Shown here: positions 1 through 13,020 of the stretch, piece after piece | How positions within the stretch are numbered: the first letter of the stretch is position 1 | How the letters are laid out: every line of letters begins with the position of its first letter | Source: Octopus vulgaris | Taxonomy: Eukaryota | DNA: 64,000 bases | Reading direction: 5' to 3' | Assembly: GCA_951406725.2 (NCBI GenBank) | Contig: OX597831.1 | Coordinates: 83,328,001 to 83,392,000, forward strand | The notes under the pieces: model-generated | Seen by the model: only the letters and a program-made list of their open reading frames with translations | What the model was told of the DNA's origin: nothing | Databases searched by the model: none | Translations under genes and position numbers: made by a program

Positions 1-39
1 TTTTCATACATACATAAACGAAATCGTTATATTTATTAA

Positions 40-141
40 TAGAGAGAGAAAGAGAACGAGAGAGAGAGAGAGAAAGAGAACGAGAGAGAGAGAGAGAGAA
101 AGAGAACGAGAGAGAGAGAGAGAAAGAGAGAGTGTGTGTGT
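40..141. repeat. (GA)n compound microsatellite with GAGAAAGAGAAC units
   Basis: Directly visible tandem repeats. Confidence 0.9.
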
Positions 142-1880
142 CTGTTCGCTTCATTTCATCTTTTTTTCTTCTTATTTGTAACTCAGCTGCCAGACTGTTT
201 ACAGATGGTGTTCTCTTGTCGCCGTCTGACTGGCTGACCAGCATTGTAGTATGAACCATGTACTTACACAATCTTTCTCCATCTACCGTTTGTCGTTGTT
301 ATTTGTGACGACTACCAATGAAGATGTGCATGGAAGCACAACGACAAATCGGTATTCGTTGTTGTATCCAACCGATAACAGCATTTACTGATATTGCAGT
401 TTAATTCAAGCCTGACTAATGAAACCAAATACCAGGTGAAACGAACATTCAAAGGAAACAAATTCAAGTTTAAGTTACTAATTAAAGGAAGACCCTGTCA
501 GCGCTCTCTCTGCATTCTTTTACTAGTTTTAATTAGCGAACTGTGGCCATGCTGGTCCACCGACAGGTCTTTTAAGCGATCATCTGATGGAAGAGGAAAA
601 TTTCACTGCAGTTTCCACATATAGGGTATGACTATTTCTACATGTTCGATTCGGGACTATTTGAAGAGTCATTACGGCACCACATTCTCAGAACCTCGCT
701 GTAAGACAAGAACCGATGCAAATTTTCGACAAACAGTTTCGTACATTAAATATAACCAACTACAACAACCACAATAACAACAACTGATTCGATTTTTATG
801 TTCCAATCCACAAAATTTTCTGTTTGAGAACCACCACCTCCTTCCCTGCAAAACGAAAAGTAGGCCTCTCCCGTGATCTGAAATACTCAACAGATTTCTT
901 TCAACAATCTTGGAGAAAACAGTTTTTGTCTTCAGAAAATATTCCTTCTTTAGCTGATCCGATATCGAAAGTGAATCATTTTAATTTTTTCTGATCTGAG
1001 CTATCCATCAAAAGGTCAGTGTCCTTGAGTTCAAAATTAGATTAGTCGAAAGCCCAACAACTCTCCTGGCCTCTCACGAAGGACCAGGTTAACCAAGCAC
1101 CGAGGAAACCGAGGAAATATTCCGCAAATTTTTAGTGTTCTCATTGCTTACAGCAAACGCCCATTTTCAGCATAATATAGCTGTTTTGATCACAGACATA
1201 ATGCAGTGCCCCCAATGTCCTTGTTAAGTGTGTGCTGCACTACCACACCAACAAGTTATTGTTTTGTTCAGTTGGGTAATATCTAATTAATGAAGGCAAA
1301 GATCAACTTCTCTCTGCATTATTTCAATCATAAACGATGAGTGAAGTAAGTTACGACAAATATGGTTTCAAAAATAGATGCAGTTTTAGAGAAAATATCA
1401 CAAGATATTCGGAAAAAAAGAAAGCGTTCAAGAATTTGAATTTATATTCTGTGTTTAGTCCGCTGTGTACTTTCTGTTATGGAAGTAATGTTGGAGTGTT
1501 TGACATTCTAATGTTGGAGCGTTTGATATTCTTGTAGGGGTCTGTTTGTATCTGATGGTGAAGTAGAGATGTCCCTGATGACGAAGTTGAGGCCTGGTGT
1601 TCAAGATGTTTTGCCTGAAGTCATGATCTGGAGTGTCTGTTGGTAGAGATGCTGTATCTAAGGCCTCAGAAGTTCAGAGGTCAAGTAACGGACGTTGGCT
1701 GCAAATTGGTTGTTCGGTAGATTTGTGGTATGTGCTCTGGTACTCTGCACTGAGTTCAAGTGCCACCGAGGCTAGCTTTCCTTTCATCCACTGGGGGTCG
1801 ATATAACACCAGCGCAGTACTGGGATCAATTTTCCACTTTCCATCTCTCTTTCTCTCATTCTCTCCCTCTCTTTCTCTTT

Positions 1881-2043
1881 AGGAGTGGCTATGTGGTAAG
1901 TAGCTGGCTTGCCAACCACACAGTTCCAGTTTCAGTGCCACTGCGTGGCACTTCGGGCAAGTGTCTGCTACTATAGCTTCGGGCCGACCAAAGCCTTGTA
2001 AGTGGATTCGGTAGACGGAAACTGAAAGTCCGTCGTATATATG

Positions 2044-2095
<52 letters not shown>

Positions 2096-2341
2096 CGTGT
2101 GTGTGTGTGTGTGTGTTTGTGTGTGTGTGAGTGTATGTTTGTGTGTGTGTGTTTGACCTCACCCCCACCAGCATCATTTGACAACCGATGTTGTGTTTAC
2201 ATCCTCGTAACTTAGCGGTTCGGCACAAATGACCAATAGAATAAATACTAGGCTTACAAAAAATAAATCCTGGGGTCGATTAGTTCGCCTAAAGGCGATG
2301 CTCCACCATGGCCGCAGTCAAATAACTGAAACAAATAAAAC
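1881..2341 (+). mobile_element. tRNA-derived SINE (Octopus-type) with internal (TG)n
   Basis: Head AGGAGTGGCTATGTGGTAAG...CCACTGCGTGGCAC, internal (TG)n 2042-2152, tail GGCGATGCTCCACCATGGCCGCAG..CTGAAAC; same family recurs at 17038, 47375 and 48498. Confidence 0.85.
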
Positions 2342-2373
2342 AATATATATATATATATTTTTTTTTTTCAGAT

Positions 2374-2445
2374 GGCCAGATAACCGAAGAGATGGCGGCG
2401 TGGATTTCCACCTCGGCATCCGAAACTCAGAGTTTTATCTTGGCT
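2374..2445 (+). ncRNA. Type-I hammerhead ribozyme-like motif (U4C core variant)
   Basis: Stem I AGATAA(2378-83)/TTATCT(2435-40), core CCGAAGA, stem II GATG..CATC, GAAA, stem III CTC-A-GAG, TT site. Confidence 0.6.
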
Positions 2446-3512
2446 ACCGAATAATTGTCACATATTATTTACAGATATATATATATTTACAGATATATAT
2501 ATATATATATGTGTGTGTGTGTTTGTGTGTGTGTCATGTAATCCTGATCGTCACTTATAGATGAGACAATCCCTATAAGATTCAATTAATTTGATACGGG
2601 TTTGGTTCTTGGATATTTAAATCAAAGAATAAAGCTGTGCAGAATATTTATAGATTGAACACATTTTCTTTTCCTACGCACAGTATAAAGAGCTTAAGAC
2701 TTTTAAGACTGTGATTTCGGAAAAACACTTCGTTCTTTGTTGAAAAGTTAAGGAACGCCTTCAAATGAGGTAATCCTAACTGTGTTTGAAACAGGAATTA
2801 TTGGGAAATTATAAATGCAATAAGCTATATAAATAATCAGTTGTCTTGGAAACCTCGATAGTGTACGCAGGATTAACGATGCCAAACAAAATGGTGGTTG
2901 TACAGCAAATCTTTCCAACATGAAAGGAAGCTTAGTTGACGGACAGCCATACTTGCTTCTAAGATTCAATCAATTCAATTATTATTGCCGCTTAGGTAAT
3001 TGAAAAACAAAAAGACTATTGGCCGCTGGCAAAAATGTCAAAACAATTCAAGAGATTGAGAAAAAATATTTTTATTTGGATTGCGATGTTTGCAGTGAAG
3101 CGAAACAATTAAAAATAAATTGCCTGCGGCAGCGGTGATGGTGCTGGTGGTGGATGGTCATGGTCGGGTTTAAAGGTTGGAAATGAATTATCGGAGGATG
3201 GGATCGTTTGAGAAATTCTTGAAAATTGGTGACGTGTATAGATTCCTATTCAATGTTATAAAGCAAATCAGTTTGGAATTATTTCGTTTTGAGAAGGGCA
3301 TGAAGGCCACAACATAGAATATTCTCCTTTTAACAGTCATATCATATCTAGCGAGAAAAAAACCACCTAAAGAATCCTTTAGGATTTTAATGTTGGATGT
3401 ATTAAGATATGTGGCGATGTTTAAGTTTGAATTTCTTCACAGAAAATATTTCTAGAATTTTGGAAAGGAGGTTAAAAGATTTTCTAGTTGATTATGGGGT
3501 GGGAGTGGGGTG

Positions 3513-3560
<48 letters not shown>

Positions 3561-3589
3561 CACCCCACTATATATATATAATCACCCCA

Positions 3590-3654
<65 letters not shown>

Positions 3655-3771
3655 TTATTTTTATTTTGATCAATTTACTCCACCACCTACACCACCAAAC
3701 GGTATACACAGGTGCTTATAATTATCAAGTACTCACCCCGAATTTCTATATATAGATATAGATAGATAAAT

Positions 3772-3840
<69 letters not shown>

Positions 3841-4661
3841 TAGATAGATAGATAGATTGTTTTTTTACATCCTTATCGGGTAATATTTTAGAGTCAGCAT
3901 CATCGTTTACCAATTTACGGTGAGATTTTATCATTTAAATTCTTGCAATCTCAAATAACTGACTGCGTGTGTGTGTGGCGATGCAGTTACTATCAATACC
4001 AGAATATATCTTATCCAAGTTTTACATTCGTGCATCTCTCCTTCTCAAAGACGCTAAATAACATAAGGAATTGGGAGACGAGAAACGAGGCCATTGTTTC
4101 TGTTGGATCCCGCAGTCAATACAGTGATCTTTCTCTAATTAAATTAATATTCAATATCTATCAAATGCCTTTTTGATGTTCAAATCTTTCTCCAATTCAT
4201 ATTAAAATATTTTTCTATTTCTTATTGTTGTTATTTGAAGTACATTTGTCTTCTCATCGGCTTCAAACATATTTTCCCTAGTTTTAAGTCTTCGAATCTT
4301 TTTCATGTTTAGCATTATTGAGGATTGGTAGAATCGGTAGAGTGTCGGATAAAACGTCGTGCGATATTTAGTTATTAGGGTCGATGTACGATCGACTTTA
4401 CCTCATCCTTATTCCCACCCACCAAAATCGATGGTATTACTTTGGTTTTGGAAGATTCTGCAATGGTAGACACGACAGAGTTGCAGACAGAATCACGTTC
4501 TGAGTTCAAAGCCCAGCAGGGTTGACTTTATCTTACATCCATCGTGAGATAATTTTACTAATAAGGGCAATTTCGGCGATTGTAAATGTTCCTTATTTAT
4601 AAAATTCATGTTACTAATGAAAATGCATGAGCACCAAGGACGGTGTCTTAATGGCAGTGTT

Positions 4662-4775
<114 letters not shown>

Positions 4776-4873
4776 TACACAATAAATTCAGGGTGAATAC
4801 TTGATAAATGTAAGCACCTGTATAGGTGATAGGATATATGTATCAAAAGAAAAACAGGACGCAAAGGATTTTG

Positions 4874-4958
4874 CGGTACATATGTTTCTGGCTTTATTGA
4901 ACAACTTATATCAATGCATAATTGATATAACAGGTAGGTCAAAAGCCTTCTTCAGCCG
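4874..4958 (-). ncRNA. Minimal type-I hammerhead ribozyme motif with extended stem II
   Basis: Minus strand: CGG-CTGAAGA-a-GGCTTT...AAAGCC-a-GAAA-CATATG-TA-CCG; canonical core, palindromic stem III, 10-bp inner hairpin TTATATCAAT/ATTGATATAA. Confidence 0.75.
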
Positions 4959-5721
4959 TGTACAATTACCACACCAAAGTCATGTATCACATTATAACAG
5001 GTTTGAGAAAGAGTTTGAGAAAAAACCGAGTTTCATTGGGAAAGTAAATCCTCAATGGCGTACATGGTATTGCGAGACTCCAAAACAAATCGTCCATACC
5101 TATTTCTTCACTCGGTAAAGAATGAATACTGGGTAGATTACTTCATATAAGGGAAGGAATTGGATGTTGAGAGAAAGAGGAAAGGAGGGGAAGGGGGTGA
5201 AACTTTAATGAAGTTGGGATCACAAAAAAGAAAAAATATATATATATAAATTTAAACATAATTATAAAGGATAATAATAAATATAAAATATACTAAAAAA
5301 AGTAAAGATGTAAAAAAATAAGTATATAAAGATACAAAGGACGTCACGTATAGAGTCATAAATTCTAGAAATGTATTGTGAAAGTGTAAACGGTACAAGA
5401 AATAAAGGGTAAAAGCTAAAATAAAATTAAAAAACTAAAAAAAATAAAAAATAAATAAATAAAGTAAAAGATAAAAAGCGAAAAATAAAGACGAAAAATA
5501 AAAAAATAAAAACAAATAAATAAAAAGGTGAACGTAAAGATAAAGTGAGATAAAAATAAAGAGATACAGAAGAATACATGGCGGTTAGAGATGATGGGTT
5601 CGAGTTTTGATGCCGTGGTGGGTGTCGTAAATTATTTTTAATTATCTGGTGGGGGCGATATAGTAGTGGGCGAATGGTCAGTTAGTGGCAGTCCTAAGCT
5701 ACATGCTCCAAGTCCAATAAG

Positions 5722-6088
5722 GAGGCGCAATGGCCAAGTGGTTAGGGCAGCGGACTCGCGGTTTCGATTCCCAGACCGGGCGTTGTGAGTGGTTATTGAG
5801 CGAAAACACCTAAAGCTCCACGAGGCTCCGGCAGGGATGGTGGTGATCCCTGCTGTACTCTTTCACTACAACTTTCTCTCACTCTTACTTCCTGTTTCTG
5901 TTGTACTTGTATTTCAAAGGGCCGGCCTTGTCACTCTCTGTGTCACGCTGAATATCCCCGAGAACTACGTTAAGGGTACACGTGTCTGTGGAGTGCTCAG
6001 CCACTTACACGTTAATTTCACAAGCAGGCTGTTCCGTTGATCGGATCAACCGGAACCCTCGTCGTCGTAACCGACGGAGTGCTTCCAT
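5722..6088 (+). mobile_element. Full-length tRNA-derived SINE with 13-bp TSD
   Basis: A-box TGGCCAAGTGG, B-box GTTTCGATTCC; perfect TSD CAAGTCCAATAAG at 5709-5721 and 6089-6101. Confidence 0.9.
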
Positions 6089-6241
6089 CAAGTCCAATAA
6101 GTCTGTATGTACGTGTGTGTCTACGTACTTATCTACTTTCACATATATAAATGCGTCTGGTGCTAGTCTGGAAGTCGGTGTTAATATACAGTCCATGTCA
6201 TCCTCAATCAACATATACACATATACATATACACACACATG

Positions 6242-6279
<38 letters not shown>

Positions 6280-6560
6280 CACATATATATATATATACAC
6301 CCATATATAAGCACACACACTTACACATATATATACATACACATACACACACATACACAAATCTACACACACACGCACACACATATATATATATATACAC
6401 GCATATACACACATATACACACACGCACATACACACACATATATATATATATATATATACACACATACACACAAAGAAAAGAACGTGCATGCACCTACAT
6501 ACAAGTACCTACATATACACGCACATGTGCATACACACGCGCGCATAAGTAAGTATATCC

Positions 6561-6800
6561 ATTGTCCCGAAAGAGATCAAAGAGGAACAGGATTCCATCA
6601 ACTTTAAACGGAGTCTGGATAGATTCCTTCAAGGAATACCAGATAAGCCACCCATAATTGGATACAACTCACCCAACAAGAACTCACTACTTGAATGGAC
6701 CATAAACAAAACTTGACTCAAACAGGATTTAGATAATCCTATCAGGTGGTGCTATTAGGGTAGACATGGCCTGGACCAATCTTTGGTCGAAACATATCTA
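6561..6800 (+). mobile_element. 3'-terminal fragment of CR1-group LINE
   Basis: Reads IVPKEIKEEQDSINFKRSLDRFLQGIPDKPP...*, matching the FK..LD.FL..VPD.P C-terminus of the CR1 copies at 35.4 and 37.6 kb. Confidence 0.7.
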
Positions 6801-6833
6801 AGTTTCTAAGTTTTATATACACACACACACACA

Positions 6834-6881
<48 letters not shown>

Positions 6882-6906
6882 CATTCACACACACACACAC
6901 ATCCAT

Positions 6907-6945
<39 letters not shown>

Positions 6946-7041
6946 AAGTTAATCCAAACAAGAAAACACAAAGAAACACAACGCGAGACGTGGAACAAAT
7001 ATAGTATTATTGGACGCTCATGAAAGAAGGGAAGAAAGAGG

Positions 7042-7076
7042 GTTTAACGCTTCGAGCGGAGCTCTTCATCGGAAAC
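7042..7076 (-). ncRNA. Degenerate minimal hammerhead motif in a PLE-like repeat (approx. 6945-7155)
   Basis: Minus strand: GTTT-CCGATGA-a-GAGC-tcc-GCTC-GAAG-CG-TT-AAAC; U4C variant plus GAAA>GAAG. Confidence 0.55.
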
Positions 7077-7155
7077 ATAGGAAAAGGAAAGATCCAGAGA
7101 AGGGAAGACAGAGGAAAAAAAAATCGCCAACGGTACACACGAGGTCACATTTTGA

Positions 7156-7232
<77 letters not shown>

Positions 7233-7527
7233 CATATATACATATACACATACAGGCATACACATACATATACATACACATGCATATGCACCCACATGTA
7301 TATATATATATACACACAGGCTCATTTACATACACGTGCGCATAGATGAACATACATGCATATACATGCGCGGATACACATCCATATACCCACACATAAG
7401 CATACGCGACGCACTCATACCCGCACCCATACATGTACTAATTTACGTGCCCATGTGTACACATGCAGGCTGACAGGTGTACATATAAAAACCTACATAT
7501 ATACACATATACATATACACACACATG

Positions 7528-7565
<38 letters not shown>

Positions 7566-8456
7566 CACATATATATATATATACACCCATATATAAGCAC
7601 ACACACATATACATACACATATACACATACATACATATAGATAGACATATGTGTATATATGTATATATGCAATATGAATGTAGCGTATATAAGGATAGAA
7701 GATGACGTAATTGTTATTTAATTCTATATATCATCGAATTGCAATAAATGTTGGATGATTCGAATCACCAACGTTGACAGAAAAAATATTGAAAATGAGA
7801 ACAAATCCGTCGTGTCGCCTTCTTGTAACATATAGACATGCGTGCACACATGCGTACATACAACAAACTACGTGCATATATACACATGTTTACAGATAGA
7901 CGCACATACGTACATAGACATACACGCAAACAAACATACATACATACATACATCTACTCATATATTCTGTCTAGGAAGTCTTTCCCAGGTTTGTTGTAGA
8001 AGGACGATGGAAAAGGATGTGTGTGGGAGTGTGTTGTGGGGGGAGACACAGAAATAATAGATGAGGAAGAGGAGGGAGGGAAAGAGGGAGAGGAGGAGGA
8101 GAGGAAGAGAGGAGGAGGAGGAGAGAGAGAGAGAGAGAGGTGACCTGTAGCAATTCATTCTCGATAAGCAAAGCGTGTTTGATGAAGATAAAACCCCAGA
8201 CAAGACTCCATTGGGCGTAGCAATCCCTCCACCACCACCACCACCACCACCACCATCATTAATATAGTCATTACCATCAGCCTCATCATGCCCTCCTCAT
8301 TAACACAAATTTTAATTGAAGACTCAAAAAATGTTAATAAAGTCGAAGCTTTCATTTCTGCAGCTTAATTTTTTTCCTAAATCCTTAATTAAAGAAAAAT
8401 AATTAATACAAGGGGAAATACTTCAGATTTCCTTGAAATTTTAACTTTTAGCCGAT

Positions 8457-8666
8457 TTCTTCTTCTTCTTCTTCTTCTTCTTCTTCTTCTTCTTCTTCTT
8501 CTTCTTCTTCTTCTTCTTCTTCTTCGTCTCCTTCTTCTTCTTCTTCTTCTTCTTCTTCTTCTTCTTCTTCGTCTCCTTCTTCTTCTTCTTCTTCTTCTTC
8601 TTCTTCTTCTTCTTCTTCTTCTTCTTCTTCTTCTTCTTCTTCTTCTTCTTCTTCTTCTTCTTCTTC
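8457..8666. repeat. (TTC)n/(GAA)n microsatellite
   Basis: About 210 bp, two CGTCTC interruptions. Confidence 0.95.
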
Positions 8667-8734
8667 TATTGTTGCTGATGCATCTTTCCCATATACTACA
8701 ATCGCCTCGCATAACTTGCTCTGAGTGACTGACT

Positions 8735-8888
8735 GAAAATAGCAGCCAAGTCTCCCTACCGTTTGGAAAAAAGGAATACATTAGATGACATGTGGCGATG
8801 TACGTGAAATCAAGGCAGGACTGTCATTGTTGGAACGTCTTTGATGATAGGTTTGTTAATCCAGAGCTCACCTGGGCTAAACAACAAT
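8735..8888 (+). mobile_element. Degenerate SINE 3' fragment
   Basis: AAATAGCAGCCAAGTCTCCC...CCTGGGCTAAACAACAA resembles a recalled Octopus SINE tail. Confidence 0.4.
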
Positions 8889-10664
8889 TAACCTTCGCAT
8901 CCCGATTGCAGGAGTATCCTGACAACTACAGTAGTATGAATGACTGCTGAAAACATTGTGATGAGAGCTCAAATGAGGTTCAAATACAAGTGGGAAAAAA
9001 AGGGAAGTTTCTACCAAATTTTAATCGGCACTGAGAGATGAAGAGATGTATTTCTGACAGATTGAGTCCACAACAGGGTTTCGATTCTTGCTGAAGTAAC
9101 CTTTTGCTTTTAATATACCACAATTTTCCATCTTACGGAGCTAAAGCATCAAGTCTTCGTTTTTAAGAGGGAGAAAAACAAAAGAAAAAAAAATTATTGT
9201 CAGAGCAAAATTTTGGTTTCGTATTTGGGAGCTGGTATTCTGTTGCGTTAGAGAACAACACAGTAAATATTCCCCCTTTTTATAAGAGAAATGGTAAAAG
9301 AAAATAAATATGAGAAGAGAAAGCGATACAGAGAAAGCTGCGGGATGGGGGGGGGATGAAGAAAAAGAACGGAAGAGAGAAGTGGGGGTATGTGACTTGT
9401 AGAGTTAAAGATGTTCCTGTTGAATTCATCCTGTGTTTTTGTATTCAAAGTCTATCTAAGACTACATTCTTTAATTGTATCTTTCATTATGAAGCCAGCA
9501 GGAAGTAGTATTAGGAAGAATTTGTCAGGATCCGTGGCCACATAGATGCACCCTTGTTCTTCGTGCAGTAGGTTAACGGAATAAAATGATAATAAAAGTC
9601 GGTTCTGTCGTATTCCTTTTCGAAGTCAGAGTTTCTGGATCAAACCCTGCTAGTTCACTTGGCTCTTCATCTTTTCATGATCGATAATAAATTTATTGGT
9701 GATTCCATCGATTAAAGATCTCGCCTTCTGTGATCACGTGACCGTGAGAAGAATTATTGGAAACGAGTAACATCGCGTTTCAGACGATAAATTCCTAATT
9801 CGAATTTAATTGCTAATTGAAGCTCAAACCCTATTATTTACATTTGTAAGATCTTTGACAAGGACAGCATGAACACCACTTAATCTCATTCATTTCCTTT
9901 ATAAACTTATTAAAGTAATAAATCAATTTAGGCTTTAATAAAAAGAAAAATGACAAAAACAATAGATCCAACGGGAGAAAAACCACCACCACTACCACCA
10001 CCACCACCATCAAGAACAGTAGCACCATCATCACCGCTACCATCATTTGAAACCACATCTTCACTACTACAACCACCACCACTACCACCACCAACAACAA
10101 CAGCGGTAAAAGGAAAAGTCTCTTTACATGATTCACTTATCTCTAATTTATGTTGCCTGAAGTCGATGGCAAACAAACATCCCCCAGGATAATACGCTAG
10201 TCTATGGCAAGGAACTTTCTCAAGTGAAGTGTCCACAGAACCCCTAACAACATTCCCCTAAATTATTTGAACCTACGACGTATGAGTTAGCAATGCAATG
10301 TTTTACTCATTTGGTCTTTTTTATTTCATAGAAAAACAAGGAAAAAATATGAACGACAAAAGAAAGAAAAAATCGTAGCAAAAAATAATCTGAAGAATTA
10401 AAAGAAATCAATAGAACAGACCTCACTGTCAACCATCCGTGTAAATCAAAAAACAAAAAACAAACAAACAAACATTTAACCATATTTTTGGTAGCTTATT
10501 CTGACTGGCATCGATCTTGGTGAATTAATCTACGTAATTCCGCTATTTTGGATTTTACGCTAATAAACCTAATTCGCAAAATGCTTCATTTGTTAAAGCC
10601 ATCACCGTGACAGTCTCCTGTCTCTGGTTTTATTTTTGTCAGCTTCATCAATGTTGCTACAGCT

Positions 10665-10683
10665 CCTGCTGCTGCTGCTGCTG

Positions 10684-10744
<61 letters not shown>

Positions 10745-10842
10745 ATTTACTGCTGCTACTGCTGCTGCAATACTGCACTGAATGTAGTTGCTTGACCTGT
10801 TCACGTAGCAACCAAATTCTCCATTAAAACACTCCAGAAAGT

Positions 10843-10881
<39 letters not shown>

Positions 10882-10882
10882 T

Positions 10883-10950
<68 letters not shown>
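10665..10950. repeat. (CTG)/(CTA)n and (GATA)n microsatellites
   Basis: Direct observation. Confidence 0.9.
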
Positions 10951-10952
<2 letters not shown>

Positions 10953-11357
10953 GAGTTAACATAAGAGGTACACATACAAGGCTTGGTGGCAGGAAATGAG
11001 TAAAAGAGGCTGCACAGATACACACACACGCGGCAAGAGAGAACGGGTCATGGCAACAGAGGAGGAGAAAAGGAAGAAGAGGAAAGGAAAAGGAGAGGGT
11101 GCAGTGACTGAGAGGGGTTACACGAATGAAAAATTTGTTTTATTTAATTTTATTTTGAATAAATTTGTAGTTTTCTTTTGAAAATTAGGATTCATTTCAT
11201 CATTTTCCATAAACACCAAGAAATTATACAAAAATTAAATTATAATTATTGTAATTAGGGCCATATTTCTTGATTTTAAACCCATGCTGACAAAAATTTC
11301 ACTTCCAAAGTTACCCGTCATACAACCGATGACATAATGATAATAACAATAATAATG

Positions 11358-11472
<115 letters not shown>

Positions 11473-11475
11473 TAG

Positions 11476-11645
11476 TAATCCTTTCTGCATGAAATTTTGC
11501 GGGAAGAGACTAGTTGATTACCTTGACCCCGAAAGGATGAAAGGTAAAGTCGAGGTAGGCGGAATTTGAACTTAGAACTTAGACACGGATGAAATGTCAC
11601 TAGGCAGTTTGCCCGGCATGCTAACGATTCTGCCATCTCGCCGCC

Positions 11646-11647
<2 letters not shown>
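11476..11647 (-). mobile_element. SINE (GGCGGCGAG-TGGCAGAATCGTTAGC family) embedded in (TAA)n
   Basis: Reverse complement aligns by eye to 21501-21720, incl. CTTTCATCCTTTCGGGGT core. Confidence 0.8.
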
Positions 11648-11712
<65 letters not shown>

Positions 11713-11730
11713 TAATAATAATAATAATAA

Positions 11731-12287
11731 ATGCCCTGATGCAGTACCAGGCAGTGGCTCTCATGGCTTCTGATCTTAACTGATTGGAAGCGTTATCATG
11801 TACATTGTTTTGTCTTGGTATAAAAGATGGGCTACAGCAAATATTCTGCTCAATACACCACAGATTTGCTTGTCAGTTGTTTGACCTTAACCAGTTGAGC
11901 ATGTCCCTTAGTGGCTGACGATATGTGCATCTCTGATCACGAGCAGAAGTAGTGGGGGAGCATCATAGCCATGTGTTGAGAGGGATTCTTTGGGGTTTGA
12001 ATAATTCACCTCTGGAGACATGGGTGTTTTTTTCAACATCCTTAAACAACCCTTATTCAGGGACCTTTTGAGCGGGATGGGCTACTCAACCTGAAAAAAA
12101 TTCTAACTGGGCCCCACCTGCAAGGTCATGTGCAGTTTATCTTGATATGAGATCACCATGTCGCGCACATATGGTTGTGATGCATGTGCCTGGTGTACCT
12201 TTACAGACGGGTAGTCATGATGGGTATATTGGGCTTCGTATATTTTACCCCAGTGTCACTTTGATGGCATGAACTGCTCTCTCACTC
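11731..12287 (+). mobile_element. Non-coding ~560-bp insert in (TAA)n, probable 3' UTR or non-autonomous derivative of a Dong/R4 element
   Basis: Complex sequence bounded sharply by (TAA)n on both sides; no ORF; family assignment is inference. Confidence 0.5.
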
Positions 12288-12306
12288 AATAATAGTAGTA
12301 ATAGTA

Positions 12307-12356
<50 letters not shown>

Positions 12357-12468
12357 AATAATAATAATAGTAGTAATAGTAATAGTAATAATAATAATAA
12401 TAATAATGATAATAATAATAATAATAATGATAATGATTATTATAATAATAATAATAATAATAATAATG

Positions 12469-12500
<32 letters not shown>

Positions 12501-12534
12501 AATAATTATAATAATGATAATGATAATAATAATT

Positions 12535-12582
<48 letters not shown>

Positions 12583-12630
12583 GTAATAGTAATAGTAATA
12601 GCAACAATAATAATAATGATAATGATAATA

Positions 12631-12661
<31 letters not shown>

Positions 12662-12720
12662 TAATAATGATAATAATAATAATAATAATAGTAATAGTAA
12701 TAGTAACTAGAATAATAACC

Positions 12721-12752
<32 letters not shown>

Positions 12753-12947
12753 TTAATGATAATGATAATAATAATAATAATAATAATAATAGTAATAGTA
12801 ACAGTAATAGTAATAATAATAATAATAATAATAATATTAATAATAATAGTAATAGTAATAGTAATAGTAATAATAATAATAATACTAATAGTAATAGCAA
12901 TAGTAATAGTAATAATAATAATAATAATAATAGTCATAGTAATAGTA

Positions 12948-13017
<70 letters not shown>
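12288..13017. repeat. Long imperfect (TAA)n microsatellite (TAG/TGA variants)
   Basis: About 730 bp, direct observation. Confidence 0.95.

Positions 13018-13020
<3 letters not shown>

Noticed and set aside
1575-1600. CTGATGA as hammerhead core
   Set aside because: No stem II, GAAA or stem I partner nearby
5722-5780. tRNA-like sequence
   Set aside because: SINE head: no full cloverleaf, continues into SINE body with TSD
8389-8781. Poly-Arg protamine-like ORF
   Set aside because: It is the (GAA)n microsatellite read in one frame
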